Below are positions 10,127 through 21,800 of a stretch of 64,000 nt of DNA, piece after piece (positions within the stretch are counted from its first letter, which is position 1; each line of letters begins with the position of its first letter). Origin of the DNA: a virus; IMG/VR virus record IMGVR_UViG_3300035681_000001, positions 96,001 to 160,000 of that record. One strand, given 5' to 3'. The notes beneath the pieces were generated by a model. The model did not search any database, had not been told where the DNA came from, and was given only the letters and a program-made list of their open reading frames with translations. The position numbers and the translations under genes were made by a program.

Positions 10127-11567
10127 CTGGCAACCTAGCTTGACGATTAGGCATACTATTTCCAGTAGGACGACCTCTACCACCCGTACCGCCCTTACCT
10201 GTTTCATCAGCACCAGGTTTAGGTAGTAAAGGATTAATAACTACCTGTTGAATAAATCGCAAATCATCAGCATCCATCTTACGATCTGACAACCTAACCA
10301 TCTGCCTAACCATGTCCCAATCTTGCGGGTTAGTAGGGTTTAGGTAACCAGTATCAGTAAGACCTTTAACCATTTGCATGGTAGCCACGCGGTCTTCGGG
10401 ACGATCTGAATAAACCCTAGTAAAAGTAGGGGGTATCTTTGCAGAAGCTCTGCTGAAGTTCCACTCTACTAACGGCATCATTACTTTACGCAACACCACT
10501 GAGGTTAAGTTCCGGCGGTGAGAATCTAGAGCATTGTAGTAAGCTTCCATGCGGCGCTCTTTAGCTTCAGGGTCAGCTTTACTATTAGCTGCTTGGTGAT
10601 CTGAAATTAAGAAATAAGGCAGAATGTGTTTGGTTGACTCTTGGTCGGTATAGGCAATAGCATCTAAGAAAGTAGTTCCTACGTTATCAAACAACGGAAC
10701 TGAATTTACTGTAGGTTTGTTTTCTGGGCTCTGCTGAGGCAAAAACAGAAACTCAGGAGGACCTTCGATGTTCTCTAGTTGCTCCCTAACTAGATCCAAA
10801 GTAGTAATAGGTTTTTGTTCACCAGTAGAAACGTCCAGCCGTTTTTCAGGTAACTCGTAACTAGGGATAGAAATAGAAGTCATACGGGACCCAGTTTTAT
10901 CCAACGCGGCGCCCATCATGTCAATAATGGCTTCTTTTAAGCGATACCACTTGTAACTAGGAGCTATCAACGATCGACCGTAATAATTACCGTAGTCAGA
11001 CTCATTAGCTAAATAAAGGGTCTTCCACAGCGGCAGCTTTACTTCAGCTTGCAACGGGTTCAAACCTACTTGGTAAAAACCTGATTTATGGTAACCATCC
11101 ATAGTAGGCTTACCCTCTGTCAATCGCCCGTGCTTGTCTGGGTAAATCAAGCACGTTGAAGGGTGGTAGGTTAGCAAGTCATGCAAATACAACTGCCCAA
11201 ACTTGAGATCAAACATTACCTCCGTAAGAGAATATCCAGCCCAAAAGCTAGTGTGCTGGATAGTAGACAAACAGTTCTGCCAAGACCTACCGTGTTCGTC
11301 TTCTAGTTGTTTTATGTTGTCGTTTAGAAATTCAGCTATTTCTGGATCAGGGTGAGTTAGTTCACCAATAGTCCCTACTATGGAATTAACTTGTGTGTGC
11401 AGAGCAGTTTTGATAGTTAAGTCTTGTCTCCACATTCTTTCATAAAGCCTTAGCCTAGCTATTAAAGGTCGGCGTATAGCATCTGTTAAAGAAAAGCTGC
11501 CTAGTTGTGCAAACTTACCCCGAGCTGCACTCTTAGACAAATAACTTAGATCTCCAGATACAGGCAT
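10110..11567 (-). CDS. Portal protein (DUF935 / Mu gp29-like)
   Basis: LYERM..D..IKTAL, GYSLTEV, YGNYYGRSLI, ALDKTG motifs; 485 aa. Confidence 0.85.
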   Translation of the reverse strand: MPVSGDLSYLSKSAARGKFAQLGSFSLTDAIRRPLIARLRLYERMWRQDLTIKTALHTQVNSIVGTIGELTHPDPEIAEFLNDNIKQLEDEHGRSWQNCLSTIQHTSFWAGYSLTEVMFDLKFGQLYLHDLLTYHPSTCLIYPDKHGRLTEGKPTMDGYHKSGFYQVGLNPLQAEVKLPLWKTLYLANESDYGNYYGRSLIAPSYKWYRLKEAIIDMMGAALDKTGSRMTSISIPSYELPEKRLDVSTGEQKPITTLDLVREQLENIEGPPEFLFLPQQSPENKPTVNSVPLFDNVGTTFLDAIAYTDQESTKHILPYFLISDHQAANSKADPEAKERRMEAYYNALDSHRRNLTSVVLRKVMMPLVEWNFSRASAKIPPTFTRVYSDRPEDRVATMQMVKGLTDTGYLNPTNPQDWDMVRQMVRLSDRKMDADDLRFIQQVVINPLLPKPGADETGKGGTGGRGRPTGNSMPNRQARLPAKPAA

Positions 11568-12118
11568 TAGTTAAAAGCGCGGTGCATAGACTCGTTGGCT
11601 CTACCAAAGTTTAAATTAGACCCTACATTCATAGAATCTAACTTAAACTGTTGTTCTTTTTCCTGTTGAGCACGACGAACACGTTCAGCGTGCTCAGTGG
11701 TTTCTTTTAGTATCGCATCCATAATAACAGTTGGGTAGCCATATTGTTCAACCCACCAATCACTACCCAACCAGTCCTTCAAGCATACTGACCCACCTAA
11801 AGCTGTAAATTCACGTATACGGTATTTATTAGTGTAGTGCTGTAAGTGCTCTAGCTTTACTAGTTCTTTGTCCAAAATAAACTGGTTGTATTCTTGTTCT
11901 GTCCAACCAGACCAGGGGCCGAAGCCCCACCAGTCTGGGTGAACTGAAGTAGCTCCGTAAGTAGCTCCGTAGTAGTCAAACTCTAAAGATTGAGGTACTG
12001 GAGGTACGTAGTTTAAGTAAGGTATCAGTCCTGAGTTACTACCAAGGCTGAGCGAGTAGTACCTTTCGCTTTTGATTCTGGTTTCACTGACCCACCGCGC
12101 CGACCTAACTGCTTTCCC
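11567..12118 (-). CDS. Tail assembly chaperone GT extension (-1 frame product)
   Basis: The 11567..11875 ORF stays open upstream to a G GGA AAG heptamer at 12118-12112. It has no ATG in that extension and is closed by a -1-frame TAA at 12127-12125. Confidence 0.75.
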   Translation of the reverse strand, partial: GKAVRSARWVSETRIKSERYYSLSLGSNSGLIPYLNYVPPVPQSLEFDYYGATYGATSVHPDWWGFGPWSGWTEQEYNQFILDKELVKLEHLQHYTNKYRIREFTALGGSVCLKDWLGSDWWVEQYGYPTVIMDAILKETTEHAERVRRAQQEKEQQFKLDSMNVGSNLNFGRANESMHRAFN

Positions 12119-12792
12119 AGGGTCTTAGCTGACTCAGTTTGAGCATCATCAATAGTAAACATATTGATGAAAATCAAGTTAGCAACTTGAACATCCATAA
12201 TAGGCAGTGGATCTAAAATAGCCACTGGGTCTTTTTTAGCAGTACGATCAATTTCTACTCCATCAATATGCGTGATGCAAATCGACATCAGCATTTCTTC
12301 CAAAGAACACCCGTTAGTTTCAGGACCTTGGTGACTGCGATCAGCAGACATCTGAGTACCAGTGTTGGGCCTAGTAAAAGTTACTGTATGTAAGTTAGAA
12401 GGCAAAAAGTCTTTAGCTAGGGTGTAACTAAGAGTAGGGGCACCCAACGCAAGGTTTTGTGCTTGTTGTCTAGCCACTCGTGCTTCAGCAGGAGACATAA
12501 AGTAACCTTCCATAAAAGCAATCAGCAGAAACTGTTTGTCTTCAATGCTGAGGTTGCTAAGCCGGTCGATTACATCCCGAGCGTTATTATCAAATTCTTT
12601 ACCGTTAACACCTACAAAAGAAAGAGCAAACAGCAGTTCTTCTACGCTGTAACCTGGTGAAGGCTGATTCTGACCAGGGTAAGGATAACGCTTGCGGGCT
12701 TCTCTCCAATCCCCAAAAGTCGGTTCCTTGAGTAGGATAGAGAAAGACTTAGAAGGAATCTGATCCTTCTCAATGGTAATCAGCTCGGTCAT
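12025..12792 (-). CDS. Tail assembly chaperone (gpG-like, two internally repeated domains)
   Basis: Repeats 'LKEPTFGDWREA..YSVEELLFALSFVGVNG' and 'FTRPNTGTQMSA..CSLEEMLMSICITHIDG'. Slippery GGA-AAG (Gly-Lys) near the 3' end; adjacent to the giant gene. Confidence 0.75.
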   Translation of the reverse strand: MTELITIEKDQIPSKSFSILLKEPTFGDWREARKRYPYPGQNQPSPGYSVEELLFALSFVGVNGKEFDNNARDVIDRLSNLSIEDKQFLLIAFMEGYFMSPAEARVARQQAQNLALGAPTLSYTLAKDFLPSNLHTVTFTRPNTGTQMSADRSHQGPETNGCSLEEMLMSICITHIDGVEIDRTAKKDPVAILDPLPIMDVQVANLIFINMFTIDDAQTESAKTLGKQLGRRGGSVKPESKAKGTTRSALVVTQD

Positions 12793-12853
12793 GTTCAATT
12801 TGGTTAGTTTAGGGGCCTAGACCCTACCTAATCATACACCTCTAATTTACTGA

Positions 12854-15800
12854 ATGAACCCAGAAGAAAACCTAGATCTAAATGACGAACTAGACTCTGA
12901 GCTAGGGGAACTAGGTGGCGAGGATTCAGTAAAAGACCAAATAGCAGACGAGCTAGAAGGTAAGCACGATATTGCTGACGGTGACCACCAAAGCTCAGTC
13001 AAAGAATTCTTTCGTATTTACGACATTAAGGCTGGTGATCCTTTTAAAGCCGTAGAACTAGAAAGTACTGCATTCTTAGAAAAGGTAACAGCGCAAGAAC
13101 TACAAAATGTCAATCGGCTTAATAAACAAGAAGATCAACGAGCAGCAATTAATAAAACTCTAGAGACGTACCGAGAAGCACAGTCACAAATCACACAGCT
13201 GCAAGGTAACCGCTTAAGACAGTCACTGACTGCTTACGGTCACGCTATAACAGAACGCAGCGGAGGTTACATAGGACCTCAAACAGGCCTAACGTTCAGG
13301 GCTAGAACTGAAGACTATTTAGCCTTTAGTAGATCACTAGGTACCAGCCGGCTGGATATGGCTGTGTTCCAAGTACAAAACCAAGAACTACTAGGTGGTT
13401 TTTTGCGCGGTGGTGTGCGGAAATTGCAAATAACCACTCAACTAGATGAACCTATCGCGGCCTCTAGTGAAAGTGTTAGTAAGTGGTACGAAAACGAAAA
13501 ACAGAGATTTGGTATTACAGGGCCTAACGAAGTACTAGCCAGTGCTTTTAGGAATAGCCCACACTTAGGCCGAGCTGAAGTAACTGTGAGTGGTAGTTAT
13601 ATTAAAAAACCCAACGACACCCAACGCGGCTTGATGCACGCCAAAATAGCTGCTTTGTATGAAGGAGACGAGACAAACCAAAAACTAGTAGGTGCTTTTA
13701 TAGGCACACAAAACTTTACTAGAGCTCTAGCCAACACACGTACTGAAGAAGAAACTCTGTTTATCTCCTTAAAAGGAGATCAAAAGTATCTTGACGGTCA
13801 AGATCAACTAGAACGAGGTCGCGCACTGATCAGACAAAGAATAGCTAACGAGATAGCACTAGTTACTGAAGGAATCAGAGAAAACTTTACTGAAGCTCGT
13901 ACTAGTAGGCAACTAACCACAGACATAGACCGCAAACTGCAAAGAAGAAACGTAAGCTACGGTACGCACGTGTTGCCAGTAATAGGCGAGATGCTCAGTA
14001 CCGCTGTTACTGAAAAGAGACACGTGCTGTTGAATATGCAATATATAGAAAAGTTCTTAGCTGCTGAAGGAGAACACGAAGGTAAAATCTACGGCAGCTT
14101 AGCCACACTAGCCGCCGAAGGTCGCTTAACAGTAGCTGTCTCTGAGACCAGCTTAGCTAAAGGTACAGGCTATTACTCTTTAATGGACCAAGTAAGAAAA
14201 GATACGGTCAACAACACCTTAATACAAACACTGCTACAAAAAGATGCTTTTGCAGTGCTACCAACCAGGTTCTTACACACTAAAAGCATTGCTATTTTTG
14301 GAGACTCAACGCTAAGTAACTTAGTTGAGTACGGTATAGGCTCACAAAACCTTAGTGAAGAAAAATACACCTCCGCAGAATTAAACTTTGAAACTTGGGT
14401 CCGGTTAACTCAAGGTGGTCTGCCAGGAGACCTGGAAGACGAACTAACTGCGTTGGGAGTACACAGGTCTAGTGGTCAACTAGCAGCTACAGCTAGAACT
14501 CGCTCGCAACTATATGTAGACCGCATGGGGTCTGCTGCACAAGTAGCAAACTTAATAGACAAATTGGGTGAAATGGGTGGAGCCGATACACATTTGTTTG
14601 ACACACTAGAACCTGGAAAAAGGTTTAAATACAACGTTAGGTATAAGACTCCCAGCTTGATTCCAAACCTAGCCCAAAACTCAGCCCGATCAATAGCTGA
14701 AAAGGCTATGTCTGGTGTAGATATCTACCTACCTAGTGCTAACAACTACCGCTTGAGCGCGACCATAAGTGAAGAATATACTCACGACCTTAAAAGAAAA
14801 ATGCCGGTGGTTTACCTAAACACCGGCAACCGTATCATCACAGGTGCTATCTATCGTATAGCACGAGACCTAGAAGGTCAGGTTATGCTGCCTAACGGCA
14901 AAATAGCTAAAGCTGGAGACACCATAAAACTTGGTGCTCTAGAGGTATTCCAAAGTTTTATTGAAACCGTAATCAAAGCCACTGAGTACGAACGTAACTA
15001 CCGAGCGCCGGTACTGGTACTTAGGTCCATGGGTGTTGAAAAGCTAAGTCGATTTATTGACTCAGTACCTGGAGACCCGCAGGGTAAAAGAGACTTACTG
15101 TACCAACTACTAAGTCCAGAAAATAAAGGACAGCAAGCGCAAGGTTCACTAGAAGCTATACGACTATTACAATCCGTAATACGAGCTGACCCTACCGGCC
15201 GACTGCAGCGGATGGAAGCCGGGTTTGTGTCTACTGGTATTAGAAACGTAGTATCAAATATCTCAGCTAGTTTCTTACAACCACACGAAGAACTTTACTC
15301 AGGTGGGCACCTGACAGCAATCATGCCTATATTTGGCATGGACAATACCATATTCAGTAAGCACTTTAGTGGTAACTCCGGCACCGCTTTACTAAACCCT
15401 TACAAGCTGTCTCACTACGACTTAATAAACACCGGCGGGTTGGATTTATTCCGTGGAGTACAAGATTCTACTCAAATACGTACTACTAACTGGCAAGACC
15501 TAGAAGGAGGGTTGTACCACTCAGAAGGCGGCCCTACCAAAGTAACTGACATAGCCCAGTTCATCAGATCTACTAAAAATATGGCTGTTATTAATGAACA
15601 GTCGTTAAGAGAGTCTCAAGCGTTAGGGTTGACCAGCAACATACAGCTCACACCTGGTACTAATTTATACGTGATGCCTTACGGCAAGGCAGAACAAATT
15701 TCCGCTCGCTTGAAAAACAAAAAATCAGAACGGGTACTGCTAGAACCTAGTGACGAGCTGCTGAAATTCATACAACAAGGAGGCCGGAATGCTAATAACT

Positions 15801-18800
15801 TAATCCAAAACAACAACTTAATCAGAAATGCAGTTTCAGTAGACTTACCACCTGAGCAATTTGCTATCTATCGTCAGATCCTGGCAGAACAAAGAGGTGA
15901 TACTCAAAAAACTCTAGAAATACTACGTGAAAGGCAATCCAACCCTTTAACTGCTATGCAAGGGTTGTTAGGTGCTAGTCAGTATCAAAAAGTACTGATC
16001 TCAGCCGGTTTTAGTATGCAGTCTGATTTCTCGTACTTTAATGAAAAGTATCTAGACAGACCCTTAGTAGACCAAACCATAAAGTCTTACTCTTTTAGCA
16101 GCGATAACGTAGGCTCAGCTTTAACGCTAGCCAGACAAGCTAAAGAAAAACTCCGTAAGGGTACTATATTCCTAGCCGAGGACATAGACCTAGAAGATTA
16201 CTCTAGGCTAGTAGGAGGAGAAAGCTATTCCGACGCTTTTGTAAAAGCGTACCTAGTTAAAAGCGAAAGTACTTATTCGTGGGGTGAAAACGTAGATGCA
16301 GAAACCAGAAAACAACTGAACAAAATGGTGTTTGTGGATCTTACTGATCCTGCAAAACCCATACTAAAACTTAAAAAGGGTGTTTACTACAACGACAGCC
16401 AAGAAATACTGGGTCTACAAAAGATCGGTAAAATGAACTCTACTTCTCTAACCTTTACCATTGACGGCCTAGAGGTACAAAGCAGAGAAAACCGCAAGCT
16501 CAGAACCTTCACTCTACCGCTGGATAACTCAGCTATTTCTCGTCGAGCTCACCGATCTATAGCTGTGTTAAAAGAAGATGCTATGGTCAGCCAACAAGGA
16601 CCCAACGTACGATTAGAAGCTACTTACAGTACGTTGCTGTTTGGTCAAACCGGGATGCGTACGATAGGAGCCAAAGGTCCTATCTATTCCGTGATGGAAA
16701 GTTTCTTTGAAGGACTAGCTAAAAACAGAGGTTGGGATAACAGCGCTGTAGCAGTAATAAACCCTAGTCAGATCAAAGACTATAACTTCGGAGACGGGTT
16801 CTCTAAGCTGTCTGATAAAAACCACTTTTTAAGAACTGGTGCAGCTGACGCTGACCAACTAGAGTACTTTAGGCAAGGTCTGCAATACCTAATAGACACT
16901 GGTAGGAACACTGAAAAAAACCTACTAGCACGTGGCGGCCCACTAAAGTGGGGTTGGGACATATATGAACTTTTAGGAGACTTAGAGCTTAACGAAATAC
17001 AACAAATCACCACTGAACAAGCTGCAGAAAAACTCAAAAGAGTACAGCAGTTTAGTGCAAAAATCTATGGTAACAAAAACTACTTCCAAGGCGGAGCCAT
17101 AGTATCTAACACATTAACTCGCGGTCTGAGCATACTAGCCACAGTTAGCTCTCAAGCTGAAGACATCGCCACGCAAAAAGAACTGTATTTAAGTAGAAAA
17201 AAACCGGGTGCACTAGAAACAGAAATAAACTACGACAGTGTGGCACTACAAGAATACCTCTATGACTCGCAGAACCCTCGTAACCGCACTAGGGAATCCC
17301 AAGCTTTGATCTTTGGTATAAATCTAAGGAACTTAAGAGAAAACGAATTAGCGGCAGCTTTCCAATTAATGGAAGCTACGTATGGTAACAACATAATGCT
17401 ACGAGCAAACATAGACTTGAGTTTCAGCCGGATTGCCGTTTCGATGGGCATGAAAACTGAAACCAAACTAGAAGCTGCCTACGCAATGGCCATGACTCAA
17501 AACCAGCTAAAAGCGTACACTTACCAAAAAGGCGGCGCTGAAGGCCTGCAAGGTGCGCTGGTAATGCTGGCTCAGTTAAACAATCGTGTAGTAAGCACTG
17601 ACGCCGTAAGCAGATACTACTCATTTGCACAAGAAACAAACTTACTAGAATTTGGTCTTAAAGAAAAAGCCAAAAAGTCTAAAAACTGGAGGGATCAGTT
17701 AAGAGCCAACGCGTTTGTGGCTGCTTTTACGAGTAAGTACTCCATATACTCCAGACAAGACCTGGTTGAAATAGAAGAAGACCGACAGCGCCGAGTCAGA
17801 GAGGAACCTATCAAAAGTTTGGTAGACGAATTTGAAAGAGGATTGTACAGGGACATAATCCCTAAAACTGAGCTGCTAACTGCACCTACTAACATTCTGT
17901 TAAACAGAATGGAAACCTATGGCGGCATCATGAGTTCTGGAACAGTAGAGCAAGCCGCTAAAGCAATGATCGAACAGTTAAAAATAGTTAGAGGTACAGA
18001 GTTTAGAGCAGGTATGCAGCAAAATTACGGAAAATTAGAATCAGGGAAACTCACTAGTAAAAAAGCTGGTGCTAAAAGGTTTACAGAAAGTGGCAGCTTT
18101 TATAAGGAGTGGTTTTACTCAAAAGAAGCAAAATCTGATCGTTTTACTTTTACTAAAAGCATAGAAATACCATCTAATATATTCTCTCCAAAAGGGCTAA
18201 GTGAAAACTTTTTGCAATATGCAGGGTCTTTTATAGAAGAACGGTTAGGTAAAGGAAACCTACTTAAAATTACGAATTATGTCCAACTGCTAGATACTAT
18301 AAAAAAAGCAGAAACTACTCCAAGCGGGTCGCTAACATTCAAAAGTTACTACGAAAAACGCTTCAGAGAAACTTTTGATACTCCAGAGACCTTAGAGTAC
18401 TACACAAACCTAATAACTAAAAGCCGGGAACGCATTTCTAGTAACGATGGCTCAGAATACCTAGAATCCATGCGCTCCCTGGCTCTTTATGCAAAAAAAG
18501 ACTCAACACTAATGCGCACCGTACAGCAATCTCAGTTGCTGCACCTACCTATGTTAGAAATGACTGGTAGCGGTGACTCGCTAAGGTACCACCTGTCAGA
18601 TCAAGTAGTAAGTGGTGCCAGGTACGGTCTGGACATCCTAGAGCAAATTAGCTTAGTGTTCCACGGCTACAGCTCAAACATTTTAATAGAACAGCGTAAT
18701 CTACAGTCTTACTTAACAGAAGCCATCCGCAGTGGGTTGCTAAAGAAAATAACTCAAGGGATCCAGCAAGGAGAGGCTTACCAAGGCTTAGACCTAAATG

Positions 18801-21800
18801 CTAAAGAAGTAGAACTCTATCAAAACCTAGTAAACACTTTAGGTAGTACGCCGCAAAGCATTCAAACACTGTTTGAAGCTAAAGACGTAATGCGTCAAAG
18901 TGAAGGCGACCGCCTCAAGATGTCAGGTACTACCTTTGTAGGTATTAACAGTGCCTTAGTAGCTGTTAAGGACTTGATATTAGGTGACCAAATCGAGCAT
19001 GTTTTTAACACTGGAGGCACCAAAGGTACTGAAGGGTTAGCTCAAACTTTAATAAAAGAACTAAACGCAACTAGCAAACGCGCTCAAGAAGCTACAAACC
19101 AAGCTCTAGCCATAAAAAGACTGTACTTAGTCGACAGCGGCTTTAGTGACCTACCTACCGAACAAAGCTTTAAAACACAAAGCAAAGCACTAAAAGAAAT
19201 AGCAAGCGAATGGAAAACAGCCGGTAAAGATAAAGAAGCCAGAAAAGTACACGAGCTAAGGTTCTACGAAACTATGCTAGGTCTGAGTGCCGGAGACCTA
19301 AGTACAGAAGAAAAACTAAAAACCCACACTGAGAAATTGTCGTCACTATACAGAGTAGCTAATGCAGTTCGTACTGGCGCACCTTACGGCATAGCACAAG
19401 ACTCAGCTTTGATTCCAGTACAAGTCAAGGGTTTAGACGCTTTAAAAACCGCTGGTACCACTACTGGTACGTTGTTGCAGCCAGGCAGGCACAACACCAC
19501 AGCTATGATCAGCTCTAGTTTGTCGTATATGTTTACGCAACTAGGAGACTACGACGGGGATACTTTCCAAGTAGCTTTTCCTGCAATAGTACAAGAACTA
19601 GCTAAAATAAAACTTACTCAAAACAAATTAGCCAGCCTAAAACCAGGTACCGAGGCCTTTAAAAACACTTCAACAGACCTAGTTGATTTACAAAAACAAC
19701 ACACTGAAGCCATAAATGCACTTACTGGACACCTGCAGAACATCGCAGAAATGCAAAAATCTGCGCTGCAGCGGTTTAGTTCACGTTACTACGGCTTCGA
19801 TAAAGAACTACTGCGATACATGACCAATGAAGAACTGCAGCACCTTAGCTTGCAGTTCCGGGATACTATGTCAGGTTCAGACAAAGGAGCTGAGTACGTC
19901 AATGAAAGCTGGCGGCTAATCACTAGGTTAGTAAAAGCTGCTGAAGCAGTAAATCCCACTAAGCTACTTGACTACGGAACTCTATTAGAGGACTTACAAC
20001 TCACTGATGGAGAACTGAAAAAAGACCTAGCTCAGGCTTTGGACCCTGAAAAAAAGTTCACAGAAATAAACGGATTAACTGTAAGAGAGTACATAAACCA
20101 GCTGCAAATCCTTAAAAACGCAGAATTTGCAGAAACTAACGTCCGCAGCATGTTAAAAAATAGTATGGGTACTGTACTAAGCGGCGTAGAACTAGAAACC
20201 CTAGGTGCTGTAGTAGGTACTACTGGTATGGGTATGCTCGGAGTTACCTATAATTCCGTCACACCTTTGATGGAATTAGTACAAGGTCAAGAAATGGCCC
20301 AACGGGCTTTGAGTAAGCCTGAAGGTGATTCTTTGTTGCAAGGCTTAGTCAACCAAACTCAAGCAGCACTCAATACGACAGTAAAACTAGAAAAAAACCA
20401 ATTAATCAAAACACTAGACCTACAAGTAGGCATAGCCCATAATTTCTCCTTGACCACGCAGCAATTCATGCGTGATGCTGCGCTGAAGCCTAAGCAAGGC
20501 GGAGGCATACTACAGCTAGCTGCTGAATATAAGTTAAGTGAAAAGCTAAAAGAAGCTGCTAACAGTCAAACAACAGAAGAACTAAAAAGAACTGCAGTAG
20601 AACGTACTCTAAAAACTTTCATTAATACTAAAGTAGGCTCTCAACTGGGCGTAGGCAGTGCTAATAATTACAGTGCGTTCGCAGCTCTAACACTAGTAAA
20701 TGAATACTTAGGTAGTAGACTCACAGCCGAAGAAATAATAAATGATGGTATGCTAAGCAGCTACCTACAGAACAAATGGAGAGAAAACCGAGACCTAACA
20801 GCAGACCGACTAGTAGCTACCGAAATAACAAAATTACATAACCTGTTCAAAATAGACTACGTAACCAACCACATCCTAAAAGTAGACTCTAGTGTAAACG
20901 GAGGTGTACAAAGGCTAGTAGAAGTAATTAAACAGACTGCTTATGGCCAAAGTGTTAAAAATGCGGGGTACGATGACGAAGCTTACGTTAAAGGTTACCT
21001 AGACCAGCGGTTTAACAGCAAAGAATACACCGAAGGTTCAGTAGACCTACTAATACAAGGCAAACAATTTAGTCAAGAACTCCAAAAAATAGCCGCAGGA
21101 GAAAGTCCTTTAATAGGTGCTTTAGGTAAAGGTGTTTCTCAGTACCTAGCTGCAGCTACGCTGCACAACCGTAAAGGCGGAGACCAAACCGCTCGTCTTA
21201 ACTTGATGAACCAGCTAAGAACTAGTTCTGACAACTTTTACGAGAACTTTACCGAAAACGTTACTTCTAAAAAAGAAGAAACCTACAAAGCTGCTCTAGC
21301 TATAAGTGCTGTAAGTGGTCTGCTACCTATAAAAATTGCATCAGCACTTCAAAACGCTACCCCCGAGCAAAGAGGTAAGTTCTTAACTTCACCTGAAGTT
21401 CAAAATTACATAAACGCTACTTTAAGAGAGTCAGGAACCATAGCCACTGGTGTAACAGCAAACGAGCAGCAAATGCGTTTGTTAAGGCAAGTACTAAATA
21501 CTGACACTAGTGACAGCGGTACTATTCAACTTCAAGCACTATCAAGAGGTGCGGCACCTATTTCAGGTGTTGCGGAGAACCCAGAAATTGAAGCACTGCA
21601 AAGAAGCATAGACGACGTATGGGCTAAAACAGAACCTATAATGGCAGCAGAAAACCAGCAACGAATTGCAGAATCAGAAGCTCGGATAAAAACTGAAACT
21701 ACTAGGTTAGTAAAAGCTCATCGTAAGGCTGAAATATTCTCAATACTAGCTGTACCCGCATTGTTAGCTACTTTCTCAGGACAAACCCTAAAACCAGAAG

